Origin: Candidatus Limnocylindrales bacterium
Lineage (GTDB): Bacteria > Patescibacteriota > Microgenomatia > Levybacterales > UBA12049
DNA length: 64,000 nt
Reading direction: 5' to 3'
Assembly (NCBI GenBank): GCA_035526025.1
Contig: DATLDE010000002.1
Coordinates: 2,340-66,339, forward strand
Part shown: piece by piece, positions 30,359 to 38,800 of the stretch
How positions within the stretch are numbered: position 1 is the stretch's first letter
How the letters are laid out: each line of letters begins with the position of its first letter
Translations under genes and position numbers: made by a program
Notes under the pieces: model-generated
Database searches by the model: none
Seen by the model: only the letters and a program-made list of their open reading frames with translations
Told to the model about the DNA's origin: nothing

Positions 30359-30705
30359 TAGAATAAATCCAACCATTTTTTCCAATTCGGGCGGGTGTCT
30401 TTGGGTTTTGGCTTGCTGGATTCAGATGCCTTCAAATCTTTATCTGATAAAACAATAACTTGTTCACCTGGCTTTACCATAAAAAGCTTATTTCTCGCCT
30501 CTTCTTCAATAAAATTCGGCCTTTCAATCTTGTTTAATTTGTTCCTTAACTCTTGATTCTTGTCCTTTTGTCTCTGGACTTCTAGTCGGCTATCATCCAC
30601 CAGTTGTTTTTTTTGCCAAAGTTTATATGTTGAATGGGCCAAGTTATTTATAACAACCAACGAGGTAATGATAATAATAAAAAATCCTATTTTCTTTGGA
30701 GACAT
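30355..30705 (-). CDS. Septum formation initiator (FtsB/DivIC family)
   Basis: TM segment, coiled coil, then FIEEEARNKLFMVKPGE. Confidence 0.85.
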   Translation of the reverse strand: MSPKKIGFFIIIITSLVVINNLAHSTYKLWQKKQLVDDSRLEVQRQKDKNQELRNKLNKIERPNFIEEEARNKLFMVKPGEQVIVLSDKDLKASESSKPKPKDTRPNWKKWLDLFY

Positions 30706-30815
30706 AATAGTTTATAATATAATCTCTTTTTACTGTCTTTGCAAAGGGGAATGCAGATTTGATATTGGTGCTTGAATTTTCATTTCGTTTGTGATATTAT
30801 GGGACATAGTAATAT

Positions 30816-31676
30816 ATGAATATAATAAAAGTGCGTGATGCGCACCAGCAATTCCTAGAATTCTTAAAAGGCAAAAAGCACTCCAGTGCTACAATTTTGG
30901 CCTACGGAAAAGACATAGACCAGCTTACGAGCTTTCTTGAAGAGCTTGAAAAACAGCATATTCATGATGTCTCAAAGGATGATATACAGGCCTTTTTGGG
31001 TAAATTATCAGAAAAAGGATACACACCAAAATCATTATCCAGAAAACTTAACTCGACCCGTACTTTCTACAGATTTCTAAAAGTAAATGAATACGTAACA
31101 GATGACCCTTCTCTCCTTGTCTCTCATCCCCAATACGAACTCGCAGCACCTAGAATGTTAAAACCAACAGAATATAGAGCACTCAGAGATGCAGCCCGGA
31201 ACGACGCACGAATGTACGCGATTATTGAGCTTCTTCTCCAGACAGGAATCAGAATCGGGGAACTCGCAGATCTGAGGATGTTAGATATACAACCAGATGG
31301 CCTCAGGATAACACCTCATGAAAAACACGCAGAGCGCGTTGTACCAATGAACAAATCAGCAAAAGAAGCACTTGATAGGTTCCTCAAAATCCGACCTGAA
31401 ATAGAAGATAATCACATTTTTGTTACAAAATCAGGCAAACCATTTCTCGTCCGTAATATCAGGACAGCAATTGAGAGATATTTCAGAATAGCAGGAATTG
31501 AAAATGCAAAGGTAAATGATCTCAGACACACATTTGTTGCACACCACCTGAAGCACGGTGTCTCACTAGTACTTCTCTCAAAAATTCTAGGACACAAAAG
31601 ACTTTCTACAACAGAAAGATACCTGGAATACGTTCAGGATAGAGCCAAAGACACCACCAACCTCAGCGAGCTTTAA
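30816..31676 (+). CDS. XerC/D-like tyrosine recombinase
   Basis: N-terminal SAM-like domain (TILAYGKDI), TGIRIGE, LRHTF, LGH..TTERY. Confidence 0.9.
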   Translation: MNIIKVRDAHQQFLEFLKGKKHSSATILAYGKDIDQLTSFLEELEKQHIHDVSKDDIQAFLGKLSEKGYTPKSLSRKLNSTRTFYRFLKVNEYVTDDPSLLVSHPQYELAAPRMLKPTEYRALRDAARNDARMYAIIELLLQTGIRIGELADLRMLDIQPDGLRITPHEKHAERVVPMNKSAKEALDRFLKIRPEIEDNHIFVTKSGKPFLVRNIRTAIERYFRIAGIENAKVNDLRHTFVAHHLKHGVSLVLLSKILGHKRLSTTERYLEYVQDRAKDTTNLSEL

Positions 31677-31687
31677 AATTCCATACA

Positions 31688-31960
31688 ATGAAGCTTGAAC
31701 AGCAGTGTCCCTATTTGGAAATTAAGGACAATAGAGCATTAACTACTAAGAGAGCTAGGCTAGATACCTCCTGTCGTATAGATTGTCCGTTAAATGGCGC
31801 TACATTTTTGGGCCCTGAAGAATCTCCCACCTCTAAATCAACGCTTTTTGCTAAAATTGATAACTTGAGAAGTGAATCTTGTAGAGTAACAGACATTGGC
31901 AAAGCATTAGAAAATTTAAAAAATTTAAGTAATGCTACAAAGAGAACAAATTCTTCCTAA
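31688..31960 (+). CDS. Hypothetical Cys-containing protein
   Basis: 90-aa ORF 11 nt after the recombinase. Confidence 0.45.
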   Translation: MKLEQQCPYLEIKDNRALTTKRARLDTSCRIDCPLNGATFLGPEESPTSKSTLFAKIDNLRSESCRVTDIGKALENLKNLSNATKRTNSS

Positions 31961-32029
31961 ACTCTTCAAGCTTATTACTATTCAGTCTCATTCTTAAAAT
32001 ATCATTTGCTATTCTATCCAAAAAGCTTG

Positions 32030-32102
32030 TGCGCCTGGGAGGACTCGAACCTCCGACAACTTATGTATAAGATAAGAGTTCTAGCCGCTGAACTACAGGC
32101 GC
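32030..32102 (-). tRNA. tRNA-Ile with TAT (UAU) anticodon
   Basis: GCGCCTG/CAGGCGC acceptor, GTTC/GAAC D stem, CTTAT-CTTATAC-ATAAG anticodon arm, GGAGG TTCGAGT CCTCC T-arm, discriminator A. Confidence 0.88.
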
Positions 32103-32120
32103 GCATCAAGTATTATATCA

Positions 32121-32804
32121 TCAAAGATCAGATATGTCAGGATAATCTGCCATAGCCTTGATTGACATAAGTATTCTTTCTTTTAGTCTCGTGTCATATA
32201 CCCGCAACATGCATGTCCCATGTCCGTATCCCTTGTAGGACAATCCTTCTCTTGTACTTTTCTTAATATAGGGCTTGGCAAACTGTTTCTTTTCAATATT
32301 TAACATCTTACTCCAATAATCTACAGCTTCCTCTATTATCATGTCATCATATAAATGAAGACGTACTTGTATTTTATCCTTAGGCACATCAAGAGACTTT
32401 ATTATCCAATACAAAGAAAATTTTAATACACCAGGATCTGTATTGCTAATACTTAACATGCCTTTCTCGGTCTTGCCACCTTCTCCCCAATACAAAAACA
32501 AGCCTGCTAGAAATAACTCTCTTTTCGATAGAGTCAGATACTCTTTTTGTTGCTGTAAATAAATTATGTCTAGCTTATTTTGACGATTTACCTGCTTTGT
32601 GATACTTGTTTTTTCCCTGGCTAAATATCTTCTTTTATCCACGCTGGTTTTTAATAAAACCAATTGGTTCTCAGTTAATGGATAATCCTGTAACCATCCC
32701 GAAAGGGTTCCCTTGGAGACATTTAATTCAGCTCTAATCTCACCATAAGTCTTGCCACTTTGTCTTAACACAATTGCTCTTTGACGATCTTTATTTCTTG
32801 ACAT
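32121..32804 (-). CDS. N-terminal HTH protein with LAGLIDADG-like C-terminal region (tRNA-adjacent)
   Basis: LRQSGKTYGEIRAELNVSKGTLSGW HTH; LAGLFLYWGEG..LSISNTDP. Confidence 0.7.
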   Translation of the reverse strand: MSRNKDRQRAIVLRQSGKTYGEIRAELNVSKGTLSGWLQDYPLTENQLVLLKTSVDKRRYLAREKTSITKQVNRQNKLDIIYLQQQKEYLTLSKRELFLAGLFLYWGEGGKTEKGMLSISNTDPGVLKFSLYWIIKSLDVPKDKIQVRLHLYDDMIIEEAVDYWSKMLNIEKKQFAKPYIKKSTREGLSYKGYGHGTCMLRVYDTRLKERILMSIKAMADYPDISDL

Positions 32805-32832
32805 AAGTAAACTATAGAACTAGTGTTTGATG

Positions 32833-32872
32833 ACACTAAATATAGTGTACGAATAATAGAAGATCTTGTCAA
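32833..32872 (-). promoter_or_regulatory. Sigma-70 promoter TTGACA-17-TACACT with overlapping NrdR-box-like palindrome
   Basis: -35 at 32867-32872, -10 at 32844-32849; ACACTAAATATAGTGT at 32833-32848. Confidence 0.65.
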
Positions 32873-32902
32873 ATAAAGTACTTTTGTTCATTGCGCCTTC
32901 GT

Positions 32903-35293
32903 CTAAAGACGAGCGCGCGTGGAGATTTCTGCTTCCACCTGATCTACTCCTTTTCCAAACTTCAAACGTGATAGTTCCCGGACAAGCTCAGCAACTCTGT
33001 CATTTCGAAGTGCCTTTTCTTGCGATACATCTTTGGTGGTATCAATTGAAAATGGCGCGACAGGCTCTCCGTTAACTATTGTTCTCATATAAGCATTATA
33101 CTTATCCACATTTATAAGATCATTTTCATTAAATAACGGCTGGAATTCATGCTGGAGATAATTTGCATCAGTCACACCTACTCTAAATGATGCTATTGTT
33201 CCTACGTTTCCAAAAATAGCATTTTTGATCTCCTCTTCCATTTGTCCTATAAATTGATTTGCAACGATCAAATTAAGGCGGTATTTCCTGGCTTCTGACA
33301 GAATCTGGGCAAAATCAGGTGTTGCAAAATTCTGGAACTCATCAACATAGAGGAAGAAATCGCGCCTGTCGTCCTGATCTGGAATATCCTGTCTACTCAT
33401 AGCGGCAACAAGGATCTTTGGAACCAGAACCAACCCCAGGAAATTGGCATTTTCTTCACCGATTTTACCCTTTGAAAGATTAATTAGAAGAATCTTACCC
33501 TCATCCATGACTTTTCTGAAATCAAATGAACTTTCTGACTGCCCGATGATATTTCTGATCATTTTATTGGTAACAAAACGCCCAAACTTGGAGGTGATAT
33601 AATCAAGAACTTCAGATTTGTGAAAATCAGAAGTCTGTGCGATCTGATCTGTCCAATAACGCCTAATGATCGGATCCTCAACTTTTGGCAATAACTCCTG
33701 AACAAATGCCTGATCTGTGAGAACACGGACAACTTCGATAAAAGTGCTCCCCTTCTCATACATAACAGTAAGCATAGCGTTACGTATAGCATGTTCAAAA
33801 CGGGGACCGATAATACCGGTCTTGTTCGGGTCAAAAAGTTTATACATCAGTCCGATAATTGAGTTCACAATAAAATGTTTTTGCTGCTCGGTATCTGCTG
33901 CGAGCATATTAAATCCCATAGGCCTATCCGTATCTGATGGATCAAAAAGAATAACCTCCTCAGCTCTTTTGGGTGGAATAAGTCTCAAGATATCTTCAAT
34001 TAAATCACCATGCGGATCAATAACAGCAAGACCTTCACCGTTATTTATGTCCTGCATAATCATTGTTTTCAAGAATTCTGTTTTTCCGGTACCTGTTTTC
34101 CCGATAATATATGTATGCCGTCTTCTATCTTCCCGCTCGATATGAATAGGTCTGGAAATGCCTCTATACGTACTTTTGCCCATATAAAGCCCCGTTGTTG
34201 ATAGATTTGAGGGGGCTGGGGATCTTTTGGCAGTTAACCAGTGAATTCCAGGGGTCGTATAGACACTTTTATTTGGAAAGTGATAAATCGTCGCGAGCTC
34301 TTCACTTGATAAAACCGATGTTTGTCCCCACATCGGAAAATATCTGTAAATAAAATCGTTCATGAACCATCCCTTGAAATAATTTTTGTTTTTTGTAAAT
34401 GAATTATGAAGAGTGAATTGGCTAAAAGATCCTTTTATATTATCAACATGTGACTTTGCTGCTTCATATGTTTTGGCTGATACCACTATCCTGATAGTTG
34501 TATCAAATCCAGGTTTTTGAATCTTACTTTCAATTGACTCAAGTTCCCTTGCATCAGATTTATAGCTTGCTTTCTCAGGATTTGCCTCATTTTTCTTTGT
34601 GTGACCGATAAAGCTCCTCCCCTCTTTTTTCCATTTTGCAGAGGCTGGACTTATGATAATTTGAAGAGCAGCACCTTCTCCCTCACCCATTTTAGCGAGT
34701 ACTGATGTAATTGATGATAATGAATCAACAGGCAAATCTTTATACGCTTTTATAGGCATGTGATTTGCCCCTTTAAGCCTGAGCGACACAAAAGCAACTT
34801 TCCCCTCTTTTGAAAAAATGTTGTACTCAGTTCCCAATACTGTACCAACACGTTGCTTGGCTGCAGGATCTGTAACAGGAATTATTTCAGCATCAGGATA
34901 CGAACCATTAATTTGCTTCTCAACCAAATCACGAAGTTTATTGGGTACATTTACATAAAAACGTATGTCTCCAGGAAGCCCTACTATTTCAAAAGATAAA
35001 TGAGGTTGAGATTTGAAAAAGGCTAACCTGTCTTTATCATATGTCTTACGGATTGCATATATAGCTGAGAACATTTGCTCTGCGGCATCAATTTTTATTT
35101 CATTATCTCTTGGAACTGTAACTTGTAGAAGTGTTGAGTTGAGGGCCTCAAACTCTCTTTTGCGGTGTCTTATCCACATCATTAAAAAATAGAAAAAAAC
35201 CATCCCAAAACCTATCACTGATACCACAACAACTGCTGTGACAAATAGAGTAATTAGTAAAGTAGCGGGATTTTCAATTGTTGGAAACTGCAT
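32903..35293 (-). CDS. VirD4/TraD-like (HerA/FtsK superfamily) coupling ATPase
   Basis: N-terminal TM; RRRHTYIIGKTGTGKT, IDPHGDL, LYVDEFQNF, LSEARKYRL. Confidence 0.88.
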   Translation of the reverse strand: MQFPTIENPATLLITLFVTAVVVVSVIGFGMVFFYFLMMWIRHRKREFEALNSTLLQVTVPRDNEIKIDAAEQMFSAIYAIRKTYDKDRLAFFKSQPHLSFEIVGLPGDIRFYVNVPNKLRDLVEKQINGSYPDAEIIPVTDPAAKQRVGTVLGTEYNIFSKEGKVAFVSLRLKGANHMPIKAYKDLPVDSLSSITSVLAKMGEGEGAALQIIISPASAKWKKEGRSFIGHTKKNEANPEKASYKSDARELESIESKIQKPGFDTTIRIVVSAKTYEAAKSHVDNIKGSFSQFTLHNSFTKNKNYFKGWFMNDFIYRYFPMWGQTSVLSSEELATIYHFPNKSVYTTPGIHWLTAKRSPAPSNLSTTGLYMGKSTYRGISRPIHIEREDRRRHTYIIGKTGTGKTEFLKTMIMQDINNGEGLAVIDPHGDLIEDILRLIPPKRAEEVILFDPSDTDRPMGFNMLAADTEQQKHFIVNSIIGLMYKLFDPNKTGIIGPRFEHAIRNAMLTVMYEKGSTFIEVVRVLTDQAFVQELLPKVEDPIIRRYWTDQIAQTSDFHKSEVLDYITSKFGRFVTNKMIRNIIGQSESSFDFRKVMDEGKILLINLSKGKIGEENANFLGLVLVPKILVAAMSRQDIPDQDDRRDFFLYVDEFQNFATPDFAQILSEARKYRLNLIVANQFIGQMEEEIKNAIFGNVGTIASFRVGVTDANYLQHEFQPLFNENDLINVDKYNAYMRTIVNGEPVAPFSIDTTKDVSQEKALRNDRVAELVRELSRLKFGKGVDQVEAEISTRARL

Positions 35294-35296
35294 ATT

Positions 35297-35941
35297 TTAT
35301 TCTTCCTTATTTTTTACCTCTTTTGATGTAATCTTAATTTTTTTCCAATGATACATAACAACTGCTGCAAGCCAGGCGACTGAACTTTTCCATTTATACT
35401 TTTTGCGTGTAAATTCAGCTTCATCATAACTCATGGGCAAGCTAACAAATCCTGAGGTCGTTGGATGAACGGGAACATCTTCCCCTACATGAGTTACACC
35501 AGCTTGTTGCACATCTTTTGGAATATCAGGCTTTTCTGCATCAGGACTTTTTTCAACAAACGACTCGAGCTCTTTTTCAACTACTTTCTCCTCCTCAACT
35601 ATCTCTGCCTCTGACATCTTTGCAACATCGGGTAATGGAGCTGAAACAGGCTCCTGTTCTTTACTTCTAGGAGCGCTTACAGGCTGTGGTATTGACGGAG
35701 GTGCCTGCGGTTTTTCCTCAACTTGTGCAACAGGTACAGCTTGTGACGGCTGTGCAGCAGGCACAGTCACAGATTCGTTTTGAGAAGTACTTGAAGTATT
35801 TTGCTGCGGGACTGATTGGGCTGGCGACGAATCATCCTGACTAGGGATAGTATCCTTTGGCGACGGATTGGGAAGATTTACCTGAATTCCACCACGGTTT
35901 ACAACAGCAGGCTGCGGTGTTTTGGTAGCACTATTATCCAT
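35297..35941 (-). CDS. Hypothetical Pro/Gln/Glu-rich protein
   Basis: Low-complexity N-terminus and a short amphipathic C-terminal helix (SSVAWLA); 3 nt from the VirD4-like gene. Confidence 0.7.
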   Translation of the reverse strand: MDNSATKTPQPAVVNRGGIQVNLPNPSPKDTIPSQDDSSPAQSVPQQNTSSTSQNESVTVPAAQPSQAVPVAQVEEKPQAPPSIPQPVSAPRSKEQEPVSAPLPDVAKMSEAEIVEEEKVVEKELESFVEKSPDAEKPDIPKDVQQAGVTHVGEDVPVHPTTSGFVSLPMSYDEAEFTRKKYKWKSSVAWLAAVVMYHWKKIKITSKEVKNKEE

Positions 35942-36006
35942 AAAATAATCTTATCACGCTGGAGTTCAAGTGGCAATTAAAAAGACCCAACAAAATGCTT
36001 ATAAAA

Positions 36007-36150
36007 TTACTTTTTGGGCTGCCAACCGCAAAGCGGGCATTTTGTTAATTCTTCTCTTTGGATAAGTAAAACTTCTTCATCATTTGCTTCCCATCCACAC
36101 CCACGGCAGATTATTTTGTAACAAATTTCACAATCTTGTTGTTTTTTCAT
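36007..36150 (-). CDS. 47-aa mini-protein with three CxxC motifs (not in ORF track)
   Basis: Hand translation MKKQQDCEICYKIICRGCGWEANDEEVLLIQREELTKCPLCGWQPKK; starts 2 nt after the upstream stop. Confidence 0.7.
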   Translation of the reverse strand: MKKQQDCEICYKIICRGCGWEANDEEVLLIQREELTKCPLCGWQPKK

Positions 36151-36152
36151 GT

Positions 36153-37586
36153 TTATGCGCACATCGCTTTACCACTTTTACTAGCATATTGTTGCTTTGT
36201 CAACCCACATCCACCTTTTGTTTTCGGACACTGATCTCCAACTGGACCAGTTGCATGATATCCACACTCCGGACAATTAAACCCTTCCTTACTTCCCCCA
36301 CCGCCTCCGCCCACCCGACGACCGGGATTCAAAATAGACATAAAACTTATTCCCCCACCACCGCCTGAACAACCTCTAATTTTAGAAGCCTCTTCGAGCC
36401 TTTCACCAAAGGACGCATAATTCTTATCTTTCAAATTATGCCAAACCCCTTTTTCCAGAATTTTCTCAGACCCTATCGCGTCTTTTGACCCAAAGAACTG
36501 ATCAGACATACGAAGAATTGCTACTGCAATTGCTTTTTGAAGATCATCTTTTGTATGGCCTCCTTCATTTGCATATTCCTCAAATTCCCTGATAACAGCT
36601 TGTGTTTTTGATTCAAAATTGTACAACTCCTCACCTTTAACAACGTCGTCATAAACGTTCCTCCAGGATCTGGTTTGCTGGTTCCCTTTTTTATCTTTGA
36701 AAGCATGCTCAGGCTGAATATCTTCTAATACTCTTATTACATCAAAGACACTATTAATATTTTCATTATCTCCCGGTTTTATTGTAGCAACAGCTTCTAC
36801 ATACTCCTCAAGCGGTGCACCTTTTTCGATCTGCTTACCAGTTAGCTTCAGGACTGCTTCCCGGCACTGCGGAAGATTGAAATCTGTTTTTACTGTGTAG
36901 TTCATTACCGAGTCATTTTGTTTTACCATTACAAAAAAATAGGAATCAATATAATCTATTCCTCGCCCGTCTTGATCCTTAAAACCTGTTGGTCCAACAG
37001 GACTTGCCATTACCGCAATGGATCCTTCAGGAGAGTTAAGCAGAAATTCTTTTATTTGAGTAAGAGACTTCTTAACCGAACCATTTCTTTCCTCATCAGT
37101 TGTAATTTCCGTCATGTCAGGCGATCTTCCATCTTTTGTCTTTCCATACAACGGCTCTTCAAGTCTTGTTGGATCGTCTGGATTTACCACGTACAATCGG
37201 GGGTAAACATTACTATCTGATAAAAACTCATGCTTAAAACCTTCAAGATCACGCCGCGTTTTGGTTGCCCAATTTCGCACCGATTTTATATCACGAACAT
37301 TTTCCAAAAGAGCCATCTGATTTTTCATAACAAATCCCACGTGTTTTTTATCGGGGGTTGTGAGCTCTGACCAGTTGCTATTCAATCCTTCTTTTCTATA
37401 GTGAGTGTCAAAATACCTGTTCCAGGCAGCAGTCCCGGCGTTTTCAGATGGTCTCACTGCTTGTTCTCGTCTTTTGCGTATCCCATCTATAGATATGACT
37501 TGCGCAAACTCACTCAAACCGGTGTTGTTTGCGTACTCTTGTTGTCTGTCTGGAAAATGAATTACTTGTCCTTGTTCTATTCCCAT
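36153..37586 (-). CDS. Hypothetical protein with Gly-rich linker and C-terminal Zn-ribbon-like motif
   Basis: ATG at 37586 after GAGGAG; C-terminal CPECG..CPKTKGGCG. Confidence 0.8.
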   Translation of the reverse strand: MGIEQGQVIHFPDRQQEYANNTGLSEFAQVISIDGIRKRREQAVRPSENAGTAAWNRYFDTHYRKEGLNSNWSELTTPDKKHVGFVMKNQMALLENVRDIKSVRNWATKTRRDLEGFKHEFLSDSNVYPRLYVVNPDDPTRLEEPLYGKTKDGRSPDMTEITTDEERNGSVKKSLTQIKEFLLNSPEGSIAVMASPVGPTGFKDQDGRGIDYIDSYFFVMVKQNDSVMNYTVKTDFNLPQCREAVLKLTGKQIEKGAPLEEYVEAVATIKPGDNENINSVFDVIRVLEDIQPEHAFKDKKGNQQTRSWRNVYDDVVKGEELYNFESKTQAVIREFEEYANEGGHTKDDLQKAIAVAILRMSDQFFGSKDAIGSEKILEKGVWHNLKDKNYASFGERLEEASKIRGCSGGGGGISFMSILNPGRRVGGGGGGSKEGFNCPECGYHATGPVGDQCPKTKGGCGLTKQQYASKSGKAMCA

Positions 37587-37589
37587 AAA

Positions 37590-37720
37590 AAAACTCCTCA
37601 ATCCGAGGAGTAATACGAAAATTACTTCTGCTCGGAAGATTCTTAGGGATCTGGCTTGCCCGATTAAATCGGGATTACAGTTACGGCATAGCCCAAGATT
37701 TTCACTTGGTTCACCCCTTT
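37590..37720 (-). ncRNA. Cobalamin riboswitch (copy 2) with terminator/SD-sequestering hairpin
   Basis: Minus strand: GAACCAAGTGAAAATCTTGG-GCTATGCCGTAACTGTAA...AAGCCAG; downstream ACTCCTC-GGATT-GAGGAGTTTTTTT-ATG. Confidence 0.78.
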
Positions 37721-38270
37721 ATACTTTTTTAATCCATTTTGTTTCCTTTTTCTTTTCTTGATGATTTACAAACCTTGCCATTGTAAAGAGTAGATCTGAC
37801 AGTCTATTTACATAGATTACTACATCCTGATCAATATCCTCTGCTTGAATCAAATGAACTATTCTCCGCTCTGCACGTCTGGCGATAGTACGTGCAACAT
37901 GAAGAAGAGATCCAGCTTTACTTCCTCCTGGCAATATAAAATTCTTAAGCTCTGGAATTCTTGCAGTCATTTTATCAATTAATTTTTCAAAATCAGTCGG
38001 CCGCATATCCAAACCTTTAACGGGAAGTGCTTTAGGATTGGCTAGTGCAGATCCAATTTCCAAAAGATCATGTTGAACTTTCTCCAATTCTTCCTTAATT
38101 CTTAATTCTTGCTTTTTGCTTCTTCGCAAATATGCTATCGCGGCACCGATGGTGGAATTGAGTTCATCAATCGTTCCATATGTCTCAACACGATCATGGG
38201 ATTTGAGAACTCGTGTTTTATCAAATAAAGAAGTAGTACCTTTGTCGCCTGTTCTTGTGTAAATTGGCAT
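37719..38270 (-). CDS. pduO: ATP:cob(I)alamin adenosyltransferase, PduO type
   Basis: IYTRTGDKGTT, YGTIDELNS, FILPGG, ARRAER, NRLSDLLF. Confidence 0.95.
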   Translation of the reverse strand: MPIYTRTGDKGTTSLFDKTRVLKSHDRVETYGTIDELNSTIGAAIAYLRRSKKQELRIKEELEKVQHDLLEIGSALANPKALPVKGLDMRPTDFEKLIDKMTARIPELKNFILPGGSKAGSLLHVARTIARRAERRIVHLIQAEDIDQDVVIYVNRLSDLLFTMARFVNHQEKKKETKWIKKV

Positions 38271-38273
38271 AAA

Positions 38274-38792
38274 TTATTGAGCTTTGGCAGCTATAGATTT
38301 TTTAGAAAATCTCAAACCCAACTCATATGCTCCGAAAAATAACCCCACATAAAATAAATCACCTAGGAGTGAATTCCTGAAAAATGGCAACGCGTTAAAA
38401 TATGACTGAAATAATCCGTTTAGTGTTTTTGGGTATAAAGAAGTTGCGTACCAATAATTAAAGTTGGTAAGAATATAGAATAAAATTGATGATCCAAGAG
38501 TTGCCAAAACTACTGAAAAAGAAGATTTATGTTTTGAGAGCCATATTCCAATAATTCCTGTCAGAAAAAACCCCAGGTATACAAGAGGCATGCTTGCGTG
38601 AAATCCCAAAAACAAATCAGAAATAAACATCGCAATTAACGGAATAACGAGTGCATATTTCCTACTCAAATAAACTCCCCCAAATAATGCCAAAGCAGCA
38701 ATTGGAGACACATTAGCAGGATGAGGTAAGAGTCTAATCGTAACAGCAAAAGCAATGATTATTAAAGGACCTATTAAACTTGATACTTTCAT
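38274..38792 (-). CDS. DUF6580-like membrane protein, putative ECF S-component-like B12 transporter
   Basis: RLLPHPANVSPIAALALFGG..SDLFLG..FYILTNF..Y..ALPFFRNSLLGD; B12 context. Confidence 0.75.
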   Translation of the reverse strand: MKVSSLIGPLIIIAFAVTIRLLPHPANVSPIAALALFGGVYLSRKYALVIPLIAMFISDLFLGFHASMPLVYLGFFLTGIIGIWLSKHKSSFSVVLATLGSSILFYILTNFNYWYATSLYPKTLNGLFQSYFNALPFFRNSLLGDLFYVGLFFGAYELGLRFSKKSIAAKAQ

Positions 38793-38800
38793 AAGTTAAT

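Noticed and set aside
32121-32804. tRNA intron-encoded homing endonuclease
   Set aside because: The adjacent tRNA-Ile is contiguous and complete and the ORF lies outside it; LAGLIDADG similarity rests on one motif.
30816-35293. Integrative conjugative element (recombinase, tRNA, VirD4-like ATPase)
   Set aside because: No att duplication, relaxase or VirB4 cluster seen; both gene types are usual chromosomal residents in CPR genomes.
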